From an uncultured Chloroflexia bacterium (GTDB lineage: Bacteria; Chloroflexota; Anaerolineae; JAAYZQ01): a stretch of 64,000 nt of DNA. The translations under genes were made by a program, and so were the position numbers. Under the pieces are notes generated by a model. The model searched no databases, was not told the origin of the DNA, and worked only from the letters and a program-made list of their open reading frames with translations. Positions 31,798 to 40,267 of this stretch are shown here, piece after piece; within the stretch, counting starts at the first letter, position 1; each line of letters begins with the position of its first letter. The DNA lies in contig CAVOXA010000010.1 in NCBI GenBank assembly GCA_963700285.1, positions 192,001 to 256,000 of the forward strand. Reading direction: 5' to 3'.

Positions 31798-31832
31798 AAC
31801 CTCCCGCAGGTTTCGGAAACCTGCGGGAGGTT
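31798..31832. repeat. REP-like palindrome
   Basis: AACCTCCCGCAGGTT-TCGGA-AACCTGCGGGAGGTT. Confidence 0.9.
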
Positions 31833-31853
31833 GGGCAGCACGAGGCACAGACT

Positions 31854-34800
31854 ATGAGAAACCAAACCCGATTGCTCCTCCTGGCTCTATTCTTCAGCCT
31901 GCTGGCCGTCCCTGCCCTGGCCCAATCCACAGCGCCGCCAGAGCCAACCCCGCCTCCGGCCATTATGGTCATCCAGCCCACGCCAGTCCCATCGCCCGCA
32001 CCCCAGGGGAACCTGCTCCAGCAGGTATGGGTGAAGAATAGGGCAGAGATCCTCCTGGGCTTTATCGCGGCCGTCGTCGCCGGTATTCTGGTCGGCGTAT
32101 TCTTGCGGCAGATCGCCGAGACGCTGGCCGGCTGGGCCAGCCGCCTTTTTCACTTTCTCTTTGACCGCTTTGCCAGCGCTCCCCTCTTGAGCCTGCGCTA
32201 CGAGAAACGCTACCGGGAGACGCTGTCAGCCGCTCTCCAGACCCTGGCCTCGTCCAACATCGTGGACCGGGACGTACGCTTGGACCAGGTCTACGTGCCG
32301 GTACAGCTCACGGAAGAGACCCAGCCTGGGGGAAGCACGACCTTCGAGGACCGCTTCCAGTGGGACGAGGACCGCCGCCGCCGGCAGCGCCAGCGTGCCG
32401 TCGAGCCCTGGGATGCGGTGCGCCGCTTCCAGCGGCTGGTGGTCCTGGGTGAGCCGGGCGCAGGCAAGACCACTTACCTGCACCACCTGGCCTTCATGTG
32501 CGCCCAGCGGAAGCGGCTGCCTGACTACACGCCCATCTTTGTCGAGCTGCGGAACCTGGTGGGTGCTGAGCGACTGGAGGACGCGCTGCCCGCCGAGTTC
32601 GCCCGGCGCAGTTTCCCCAACGCCAGGCCGTTCATCGAGCGCCGCCTGGCGGATGGGCGCTGCCTGATCCTGCTGGACGGCCTGGACGAAGTGGAGAGTG
32701 AGGCCCACCACCAAGAGGTGGTGTCGCTGGTAAAGGACTTTGCCGACCGGCACGCCCGCGATCCGGAACGCGACAGTGGCCCGCGCAACATCATCGTCGT
32801 CTCCTGCCGCACCTACAGCTACGAGCACGGGCCCCAACTCGCCGGCTTTACCCGGACCATGGTCATGGACTTTGACGACCCGGCCATCGAGCGCTTTGCC
32901 CACAACTGGTTCCGAGATGGGGACCTGCGCCCCCTGGCCGGCGAACTGCTGGCCGTCCTGGACAGCAACCGGCGCTTCAAGGAGCTGGCCCGCAACCCGC
33001 TGCTGTTGTTGCTCATCGTCTACCACTATGAGCGGGAGCGCAACCTGCCCGACCTGCGCGCCGAACTCTACCGCCACTGTATCCGAACCCGCATCACGCG
33101 CTGGAACGTGATGCGCGGCACACACCGCGGCCGTTTCGGCGAGACCGACAAGTGGCGCATGCTGCGTGATCTGGCCCTGGATCTCTACCGCCGGGAGGAG
33201 CAGGGCCTCATCGACCGGGAGACGCTGTTGGCCTGGCTCGACGTCTTTGCCGCTGGCCTCCGCCTGCCCGAGGGCATGAATCCGGCTGACCTGCTGGACG
33301 AGGTGGTCCGCACCAGCGGCCTTGTCCAGGAACGCGCCATCGAGCGCTATGGCTTTTCGCACCTGACCCTCCAGGAGTATTTTGCCGCCGAGGGGGTGGA
33401 CCGGCTGGGGGCGCAGGCGGGGGCCGCGCTCCTGGGCGAGCGCCTGCCCGACCCCCGCTGGCAGGAGGTGATCCTGCTCTACTGCGGCCTGGCCGACGAC
33501 GCCGCACCGCTGCTGCGGCGCGTCTTGCAGCGGACCGGGGACGATGGCCCCGACGCCTGGCTCCAGGCGGCGCGCTGCCTGGCCGAGGGCGCCCGTGTTA
33601 CCGACGACGAGGTCTGCCGCGAGGCGGCCCGCGGCCTGGTGGGCCTCCTGCGCGAGGTTGAGGCTGGCGATCAGGAAGCGCTCACCGCCGAGGAAAGCGG
33701 CGAGGTCGTCGCCTCCCTGCAGTCCTTTGCCGCCGCCGAGCTGCCCGGCCACGTGTCCACCCTGCTGGAGAGCCAGCAGCCCGGCGACGCCCTGCTGGCC
33801 GCCCGCCTGCTGCCGGAGGGGGCGAACGCCGAGCTGCGGGCTGAGGTCAGCCGCCGCATGGCCGCCCTGGCCAGCGGCGGGGAGACGGTCGAGCGGCGCG
33901 TGGCTTCTGCCGCCCTGGGCTGGATTGCCGGGGCAGACGCCAGCACGGTCGCCATCCTGCGGGCGGGTCTGGCCGACCCTGACCCCGCCGCCCGGGCCGA
34001 GGCCGCCCGCGCCCTGGGCCGCCTCGGGGCCAGCGACGAGCAGACCATCGCCGGCCTGCTGCAGATCTATGCCGGCGACCCGCATGACCCAGCCCGCCAC
34101 GCAGCCCTGGAGGCCCTGCTGGTCTTGGGTCGCGCCGCCGACCTGGGCCTGGTCCCGGTTCCCGCCGGCGAATTCCTAATGGGCAGCACGGAGGACGACC
34201 GTCAGGCCGGCGACAACGAGAAACCCCAACACCGCCTCTACCTGCCCGCCTACTATATCGACCGTACCCCTGTGACCAACGCCCAGTACCAGCGTTTCAT
34301 CGAGGCCGGGGGCTATGCCAGCGCCGCCTACTGGGCCGAGGCCATTGAAGCCAGGCACTGGAAGGACGGGGCCTATGTGGAGCATCAGGCATTCGGTGGT
34401 GAGCCCCGCAGGCAGCCAGTATACTGGGAAGAGCCCAAGTGGAATGCCAACGACCAGCCGGTGGTGGGCGTCTCCTGGTACGAGGCCCTGGCCTACGCCC
34501 GCTGGGCCGGCAAGCGCCTGCCCAGCGAGGCCGAGTGGGAAAAGGCCGCCCGCTGGGACCTCGAGGCCGGCCGCAGCCGGGCCTACCCCTGGGGTGATAC
34601 CTGGGATCCAGATCGTTGCAACACCGAGGAAGCGGGGGCGGGCCAGACGACGCCAGTTGGGCAGTTTTCGCCCCGGGGCGATAGCCCCTGCGACGCGGCC
34701 GATATGGCTGGCAACGTCTGGGAGTGGTGCAGCACCCGTTGGGGCCCTGCCTACCCCTACGATCCCGACGACGGACGCGAGGACCTGGCAGGCGGTGATG

Positions 34801-34959
34801 ACATTGGACGCATCGTACGCGGCGGTTCCTGGTATAATGACAAATCTCGGGCGCGTTGCGCCTGCCGCAACGGGGACTACCCGCTCGACTGGGTACAACA
34901 TCAGGGGTTTTCGCTGCTGTTGCGCCACGTCTTCTCCATCCCCCGGTTCTGGATCCTGA
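31854..34959 (+). CDS. DGR target: signal peptide + TM + NACHT NTPase + HEAT repeats + FGE-sulfatase/C-type-lectin domain
   Basis: Walker A GEPGAGKTT, Walker B LILLDGLDE, NPLLL, FSHLTLQEYFAA, HEAT repeats (RAEAARALGRLG), FGE motifs RLPSEAEWEKAAR, DMAGNVWEW and RGGSW; removing one G at 34891-34893 gives ...YNIRGFRCC...GS* at 34959 (as read it ends at 34967). Confidence 0.9.
34849..34929 (+). repeat. DGR variable repeat (VR)
   Basis: Aligns with 36578-36657; 10 substitutions, all opposite TR adenines, plus one extra G. Confidence 0.95.
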
Positions 34960-35004
34960 GGTTCTGACGTGCTGGATTCTGATCGCTGGCCTGCTGCGGG
35001 GGGT

Positions 35005-35024
35005 GTGGGGGGCGTGCCCCCCAC
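35005..35024 (+). other. GC-rich hairpin downstream of VR (candidate DGR target-recognition cruciform)
   Basis: GTGGGGGG-CGTG-CCCCCCAC, 8-bp stem and 4-nt loop, about 75 nt after VR; no identical copy after TR. Confidence 0.55.
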
Positions 35025-35039
35025 CCGATCGCCCAGCCG

Positions 35040-35073
35040 AACCTCCCGCAGGTTTCTGAACCTGCGGGAGGTT
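35040..35073. repeat. REP-like palindrome
   Basis: AACCTCCCGCAGGTT-TCTG-AACCTGCGGGAGGTT immediately before the RT start. Confidence 0.9.
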
Positions 35074-35083
35074 GGAGATGCCC

Positions 35084-36193
35084 ATGAAGACCTACAAGAA
35101 TCTCTACCCGCGCATCTGCGCCTTTGAAAACCTGGAAATCGCCTTCCGCAAAGCGCGTCGCGGCAAGCGCCACAAGCCCAACGTCGCCGCCTTCGAGTGT
35201 AACCTGGACCTGGAGCTCCTCGATCTGCAGGACGACCTCCTCTCTGGAACCTACAGGCCCGGCGGCTACCGCCACTTTACCATCTATGAAGGCAAGCCGC
35301 GCCGCATCAGCGCCGCCCCTTTCCGCGACCGGGTGGTGCACCACGCTCTGTGCAATGTCATCGAGCCGATCTGGGAAGCCAGGTTCGTCCACGACTCGTA
35401 CGCCTGCCGCGCCGGCAAGGGCACCCACGCGGCCCTGGACCGCTGTACCCACTTTGCCCGGCGCTATCCCTACGTCCTGCAATGCGACGTCGTCCAGTTC
35501 TTTCCCTCGGTGGACCACGCCATCCTGCGTGACCTTCTGGCCCGCCACATCGCCTGCCGTTCCACCCTGAAGCTCATCGACCGGATCCTTGCCAGCGGCA
35601 CCGGCATACACAGCAAGAGCTACGAAATGCAGTGGTTCCCCGGCGACGACCTACTGGCTGCGACACGGCCCCGGGGCCTGCCCATCGGCAACCAGACCTC
35701 CCAGTTCTGGGCCAACGTCTACCTCCACGAACTGGACCGCTTTGTCAAGCAGACCCTGCACTGCCAGCGCCAGAGCCCTGCCTACCTGCGCTACTGCGAC
35801 GATTTCCTGCTCTTTGCCGGCGACAAGCCTACGCTGCACCGCTGGCGCCGAGAGATTGAGGGCTTTATGGCCACGCTACGTCTCAAAATCCATCCCCACA
35901 GGACCGTCGTCTACCCGGTCAAGAACGGCATCCCCTTTCTGGGTTTCAAGATCTATCCTGGTCACCGCCGGCTCAGGCGCTGCAACGGCGTACGCTTCCA
36001 GCGCCGCTTCCGAGCTCTGCTAGACTGCTACGCCACAGGCGAGATCGACCGAGAGCAGCTCGATGCCTCCGTCCGCGGCTGGGTGGCCCACACCTCCCAC
36101 GGCGACACCTGGGGATTGCGGCGCAGCCTACTCTCTCGCCACAACCTCCCGCAGGTTCGGAAACCTGCGGGAGGTTTGGATGGGCCACGATGA
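35084..36193 (+). CDS. DGR reverse transcriptase
   Basis: KPRRISAAPFRDRVVHHAL, SYACRAGKGTH, CDVVQFFPSVDH, GLPIGNQTSQFWANVYL, YCDD and FLGF; no maturase or endonuclease tail. Confidence 0.95.
   Translation: MKTYKNLYPRICAFENLEIAFRKARRGKRHKPNVAAFECNLDLELLDLQDDLLSGTYRPGGYRHFTIYEGKPRRISAAPFRDRVVHHALCNVIEPIWEARFVHDSYACRAGKGTHAALDRCTHFARRYPYVLQCDVVQFFPSVDHAILRDLLARHIACRSTLKLIDRILASGTGIHSKSYEMQWFPGDDLLAATRPRGLPIGNQTSQFWANVYLHELDRFVKQTLHCQRQSPAYLRYCDDFLLFAGDKPTLHRWRREIEGFMATLRLKIHPHRTVVYPVKNGIPFLGFKIYPGHRRLRRCNGVRFQRRFRALLDCYATGEIDREQLDASVRGWVAHTSHGDTWGLRRSLLSRHNLPQVRKPAGGLDGPR
36143..36176. repeat. REP-like palindrome inside the RT 3' end
   Basis: AACCTCCCGCAGGTT-CGGA-AACCTGCGGGAGGTT, translated as NLPQVRKPAGG. 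Confidence 0.9.
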
Positions 36194-36522
36194 AACAATC
36201 ACCCATCTTTGTCAAGCACTACGATCTTATGGCCTGGCTCATTCCTCGCACCCTGGCCTTTCCCAAGAGCCAGCGCGGGGTGCTGGCCCGCCAGGTGCAG
36301 AAGGAGCTATTTCACATCTATGAGATGCTGGTTGACGCGGGCATGGCCAATGATCCTTTGCCCCACCTTGCCGAGGTCGACAAGGGCCTCATCCGGCTGC
36401 GAACCTATCTGCGGCTGTGCCGCGACCTCAAGCTGCTGTCCATCGGCCAATACGAGCACGTTTCGCGCCTTGCAGCCGAGGTGGGAAGACTCTTGGGAGG
36501 TTGGATGCGATCCTGTGGATAG
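36190..36522 (+). CDS. avd: DGR accessory variability determinant (Avd, four-helix bundle)
   Basis: SPIFVKHYDLMAWL...FPKSQRGVLA...LRTYLRL...YEH...EVGRLLGGW; 110 aa, ATGA overlap with RT. Confidence 0.92.
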   Translation: MKQSPIFVKHYDLMAWLIPRTLAFPKSQRGVLARQVQKELFHIYEMLVDAGMANDPLPHLAEVDKGLIRLRTYLRLCRDLKLLSIGQYEHVSRLAAEVGRLLGGWMRSCG

Positions 36523-36523
36523 A

Positions 36524-36557
36524 AACCTCCCGCAGGTTTCCGAACCTGCGGGAGGTT
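36524..36557. repeat. REP-like palindrome between avd and TR
   Basis: AACCTCCCGCAGGTT-TCCG-AACCTGCGGGAGGTT. Confidence 0.9.
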
Positions 36558-36577
36558 CACCTTGGGGCCAGGCCGGA

Positions 36578-36657
36578 GGGCGCGTTGCGCCTACCGCAAC
36601 AGGAACAACCCGAACAACAGGAACAACAACAGGGGTTTTCGCTGCTGTTGCGCCACG
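36578..36657 (+). ncRNA. DGR template repeat (TR)
   Basis: GGGCGCGTTGCGCCTACCGCAACAGGAACAACCCGAACAACAGGAACAACAACAGGGGTTTTCGCTGCTGTTGCGCCACG, an AAC-rich copy of VR. Confidence 0.95.
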
Positions 36658-36878
36658 CCTCCACCAGCATGGGTCAGAAACAGCCTCTGGTTCACGGACC
36701 CGGGGCCGGTGCCCGCGGGCTGCAGCTGCTACGCTGCAGTCCGATGGAGAAGACGATGCGGCCTGTCCCTGGCCACCTCCCCACACCCCAGCGGTGTGGG
36801 GGACGGCCGAATAGAGAATAGCCCCGCCTGGCCCAGTAGGCCCGCTCCGACATGCCGGGCGGGGCGCCTCGTCCACCG

Positions 36879-36958
36879 ACCTCCCGCAGGTACGTCCGGC
36901 TGTCCGGAGCCGGACGTACCTACCTGCGGGAGGTTTCCAATTTTGAACCTGCGGGAGG
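36879..36958. repeat. Extended REP-like hairpin plus an extra half-site closing the DGR locus
   Basis: ACCTCCCGCAGGTACGTCCGGCT...AGCCGGACGTACCTACCTGCGGGAGGT followed by AACCTGCGGGAGG. Confidence 0.8.
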
Positions 36959-37003
36959 GTATGGTATACTCAGGCCGCACTGACAAGATGGGAGGGTACA
37001 ACG

Positions 37004-37294
37004 ATGGGCTTGGCTACAATGCGAGACATTTCCCTGCTGTGGCTGATCTTCCTCGGCCTGGTTTCCGTACTACCCTTTGCGGTGCTCTTTTATTTTATGA
37101 TCAGAGGTATGACCCGGCTGCGACAGTTGGCCGTGCAATACCTGCCCATTGCCCAGGAAAAGACCCGGTTCCTCGCCTTCAAGACGGAGGAGATCAGCCA
37201 TAAGGTCGCTGGCCCCATTATCAGCGTAGAGGCCAAAGCTGCGCAGGTGAACGGCATGACGAGAGCAGTCCTTTCTAGGAGGAAGAGTATATGA
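37004..37294 (+). CDS. Small membrane protein, unknown function
   Basis: RBS GGGAGG, N-terminal TM, coupled to the next ORF. Confidence 0.6.
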   Translation: MGLATMRDISLLWLIFLGLVSVLPFAVLFYFMIRGMTRLRQLAVQYLPIAQEKTRFLAFKTEEISHKVAGPIISVEAKAAQVNGMTRAVLSRRKSI

Positions 37295-37509
37295 ATTCCA
37301 AACAGCAAAGTATCCTCGTCGGAGCTATCCTCGGCGCCGCATTGGGCGCACTGGGGGGCTTTCTTTTCGGCCGTGGCCTGGACGAGTCCGGTGAAGAAGA
37401 ATCCCTGGCAGTCGCAGCCAGGTCCGTGCAAGCCAGTGATGCCATCAAGATCATCATCGCCATCATGGGGGTGTTGCGCGGCATTTCTTCCCTGCGCGGA
37501 GCGGGCTAG
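37291..37509 (+). CDS. Small membrane protein, unknown function
   Basis: RBS AGGAGG, Gly-rich TM GAILGAALGALGG. Confidence 0.6.
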   Translation: MNSKQQSILVGAILGAALGALGGFLFGRGLDESGEEESLAVAARSVQASDAIKIIIAIMGVLRGISSLRGAG

Positions 37510-37593
37510 GGCATCCGCCACCAGCGACTTTCCTAACCTGGCACCGACCAGTAGCTAAGAATCTGTAGCGCGAGAATGCAAGGAGGCATCGGC

Positions 37594-38433
37594 GTGTACG
37601 AAATCGTGGCCAAAGAGGATCTGGCTCCTGTCACCAAGCTGTTCGAAGTCCGGGCCCCCATCGTAGCCCACAAGGCCCGGGCTGGCCAGTTTGTCATTGT
37701 ACGTATCGATGAGGAGGGTGAGCGGGTTCCGCTGACGATCGCCGACTATGATCGTGAGCGAGGAACCATCACCCTCGTCGTGCAAGAAGTGGGCAAGACA
37801 ACCATGCAAATGGGCGCCATGCAGACCGGCGATCACTTTGCCAGCTTTACCGGGCCTCTGGGGCTGCCCAGCGAGGTCGAAGACTTGGGCACCGTGCTGT
37901 GCGTCGGCGGTGGCGTCGGGATCGCCCCCATTTACCCCATCGCCCGTGACCTCAAAGAAGCTGGCAACACCGTCTTGTCCATCATTGGCGCCCGCAACAA
38001 GGATCTGCTCTTCTGGGAGGACAAGATGCGCGCCGTCAGCGACGAGTTGATCGTCTGCACGGATGACGGATCCTACGGGCGCAAGTCCCTGGTCACCATT
38101 CCCATGAAAGAGATGCTGGATGCAGGCCGGCCCGTCGAGCACATTTGGGCCATCGGCCCGGCCATCATGATGAAGTTCTGCGCCCTCACCACCCAGCCCT
38201 TTGGCGTGCCCACCACGGTCAGCCTGAATTCGATCATGGTTGATGGTACCGGCATGTGCGGCGCCTGCCGTGTAGAGGTTGGCGGCCAGACCCGCTTTGT
38301 GTGTGTCGACGGCCCCGAGTTCGACGGTCACCAGGTCGACTGGGACCAACTTCTGGCCCGACAGCGCATCTACCTGGACCAGGAGAAGCAGGCTGTGGAA
38401 AAGTGGCAGCACGACTGCCAGTGTGGTGGCTAG
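37594..38433 (+). CDS. nfnA: Electron-bifurcating transhydrogenase subunit NfnA (SudB-like)
   Basis: GERVPLTIAD, GGGVG and MVDGTGMCGACRV...CVDGPEFDGH. Confidence 0.92.
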   Translation: MYEIVAKEDLAPVTKLFEVRAPIVAHKARAGQFVIVRIDEEGERVPLTIADYDRERGTITLVVQEVGKTTMQMGAMQTGDHFASFTGPLGLPSEVEDLGTVLCVGGGVGIAPIYPIARDLKEAGNTVLSIIGARNKDLLFWEDKMRAVSDELIVCTDDGSYGRKSLVTIPMKEMLDAGRPVEHIWAIGPAIMMKFCALTTQPFGVPTTVSLNSIMVDGTGMCGACRVEVGGQTRFVCVDGPEFDGHQVDWDQLLARQRIYLDQEKQAVEKWQHDCQCGG

Positions 38434-38443
38434 CAAGGAGACA

Positions 38444-39913
38444 ATGATGTCAGAGCAGATCAAGGCGATGCCCAAGCACGAGCGGATGAAACTGCCGCGG
38501 CAAGGAATGCCCGTCCAGGAAGCCCAGGTTCGAGCAAAGAACTTTGAGGAGGTGGCCACGGGCTACCCTGAAGAACCAGCCCTGCTGGAAGCGTTTCGCT
38601 GCCTGCAGTGCCAACGACCCAAGTGCGTCCAGGGTTGCCCGGTCGAGGTCGACATCCCAGCTTTTATCGAACGCCTGAAGGAAGGCGACATGCCGGGCGC
38701 GGTGCAGGCCCTCAAGGGCGACAACAACTTGCCGGCCATCTGCGGCCGGGTCTGCCCCCAGGAGACCCAGTGCGAAGCCCTGTGCGTGATGGGCAAAAAA
38801 TACGAACCGGTGGCCATCGGCCGGCTGGAACGGTACGTGGCCGACTGGGACCTGGCCCATCCCGCGCCGCCGCCCCAAGTGCCGCCCCCCAGCGGCAAAA
38901 AGGTGGCCGTCATCGGCTGCGGGCCGGCAGGGTTGACCTGCGCCGGTGATCTGGCACGTTTCGGCCACAAGGTGACCATCTTTGAGTCACTGCATGCTCC
39001 CGGGGGCGTGTTGATCTATGGCATCCCCGAATTCCGCCTGCCCAAACGGGTGGTCCACGCTGAGGTAGATTACGTCCGGAGCCTGGGCGTTGAGGTCCAA
39101 CTGGACACCGTTGTCGGCAAGACCTATACCTTGGATGAACTCCTGGGTGAGCAGGGCTACGACGCGGTCTTTTTGGGCACCGGCGCTGGCTTGCCCATGT
39201 TTATGCACATCCCTGGCGAGAACTATAACGGCGTCTATTCAGCCAACGAGTTCCTGACCCGCGTCAACCTGATGAAAGCCTATCTCTTCCCCGAGTGGGA
39301 CACACCGGCCAAAGTCGGCCGCAAGGTGGCCGTCATCGGGGCCGGCAACGTGGCCATGGACAGCGCGCGCTGCGCCCTACGCCTGGGCGCCGAGGCGGTC
39401 CACATCGTCTACCGGCGCTCGGCCGAAGAGGTTCCCGCCCGTGCCGAAGAGGTTCACCACGCCGAAGAAGAGGGCATCATCTTTGATTTCCTGACCAACC
39501 CGATCGAGATCCATGGCGATGACAAGGGCTGGGTACGCGGCATGCGTTGCATCCGCATGCAACTGGGCGAACCCGACGCCAGCGGACGCCGCCGCCCACT
39601 GCCCATTGAGGGCTCTGAATTCGATATGGACGTGGATATGGTGGTCATGGCCCTCGGCACCCGGCCCAACCCCCTGGTCTTTACCGACGCGGGCGGTCTG
39701 GAGCGTACCCGCTGGGGTACCGTCGTGGCCGACGAGGATTCGGGCAAAACGACCAAGGATCGTGTCTGGGCCGGCGGCGACATTGTCACCGGCGCGGCCA
39801 CGGTCATCTCGGCCATGGGCGCCGGGAAGCGTGCTGCCGCCGACATCGAACGCTTCCTACAGCAGGAAGCCGTACCGGAGGCCGACGCAGAAGCGATGGC
39901 TACCGCAGGCTAG
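38444..39913 (+). CDS. nfnB: Electron-bifurcating transhydrogenase subunit NfnB (SudA/GltD-like)
   Basis: RCLQC...CVQGCPV, CGRVCPQETQCE, GCGPAG, GAGNVAMD and GGDIVTGAATVI. Confidence 0.92.
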   Translation: MMSEQIKAMPKHERMKLPRQGMPVQEAQVRAKNFEEVATGYPEEPALLEAFRCLQCQRPKCVQGCPVEVDIPAFIERLKEGDMPGAVQALKGDNNLPAICGRVCPQETQCEALCVMGKKYEPVAIGRLERYVADWDLAHPAPPPQVPPPSGKKVAVIGCGPAGLTCAGDLARFGHKVTIFESLHAPGGVLIYGIPEFRLPKRVVHAEVDYVRSLGVEVQLDTVVGKTYTLDELLGEQGYDAVFLGTGAGLPMFMHIPGENYNGVYSANEFLTRVNLMKAYLFPEWDTPAKVGRKVAVIGAGNVAMDSARCALRLGAEAVHIVYRRSAEEVPARAEEVHHAEEEGIIFDFLTNPIEIHGDDKGWVRGMRCIRMQLGEPDASGRRRPLPIEGSEFDMDVDMVVMALGTRPNPLVFTDAGGLERTRWGTVVADEDSGKTTKDRVWAGGDIVTGAATVISAMGAGKRAAADIERFLQQEAVPEADAEAMATAG

Positions 39914-39927
39914 CTCCATCCGAACGC

Positions 39928-39962
39928 GCCCCCCTGGTGTCCCGAGCCAGGGGGGCTTTTTG
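39928..39962 (+). terminator. Intrinsic terminator after nfnB
   Basis: GCCCCCCTGG...CCAGGGGGGC stem followed by a T run. Confidence 0.75.
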
Positions 39963-40046
39963 TTGAATCGCTATGGAGCGGCCAAAGTTTGGTAGACAAG
40001 ATCCACCCGCTCGTTCGGCTGAGGGGGCTGTCCCCCCGCCTTTTAC

Positions 40047-40238
40047 TCAACCAAAACGCTTTCTGACCTTCTCCAGTTCTTCTGGCAAGGCTACCCAGGC
40101 TTCGACATAGATGCGCCCGGGCCCAATTTTCTTCTCGCGAATATTCGGGCCGTCATCATAACCGGTTTGCTGGCTTTTGCCCGGAACGTGAAGGATCTCC
40201 TGAGCCTGGCATTTTGGACAAGCTTGCCCGTTTTTCAT
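40047..40238 (-). CDS. Small CPKC-motif hypothetical protein
   Basis: MKNGQACPKCQ..., 63 aa, downstream of the SBP gene on the same strand. Confidence 0.4.
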   Translation of the reverse strand: MKNGQACPKCQAQEILHVPGKSQQTGYDDGPNIREKKIGPGRIYVEAWVALPEELEKVRKRFG

Positions 40239-40267
40239 CGTACGCCCCCATGTTTCGGCTATCGTGG

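Noticed and set aside
32226-34100. Long antisense ORFs (also 13484..14662, 5572..6654, 28692..29720)
   Set aside because: Shadow ORFs opposite well-supported genes in GC-rich DNA, with no recognisable motifs.
35084-36193. RT as a group II intron or retron RT
   Set aside because: It has no maturase or endonuclease region and no retron VTG motif, while avd and an A-specific TR/VR pair are present.
29921-36958. REP palindromes as a CRISPR array
   Set aside because: Copies are separated by whole genes, not 30-40 nt spacers, and no cas genes are present.
30203-36958. Prophage or integrative element driven by the recombinase
   Set aside because: Catalytic residues are missing, and no att repeats, tRNA target, phage or conjugation genes were found.
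36562-37203. 213-aa ORF with NRNNPNNRNNN
   Set aside because: It is the translation of the AAC-rich TR plus spacer and REP, with no RBS or domain; TR acts as RNA.
38444-39913. Glutamate synthase small subunit
   Set aside because: It is paired with an NfnA/SudB-type gene and no gltB is present, so NfnB is the better call.
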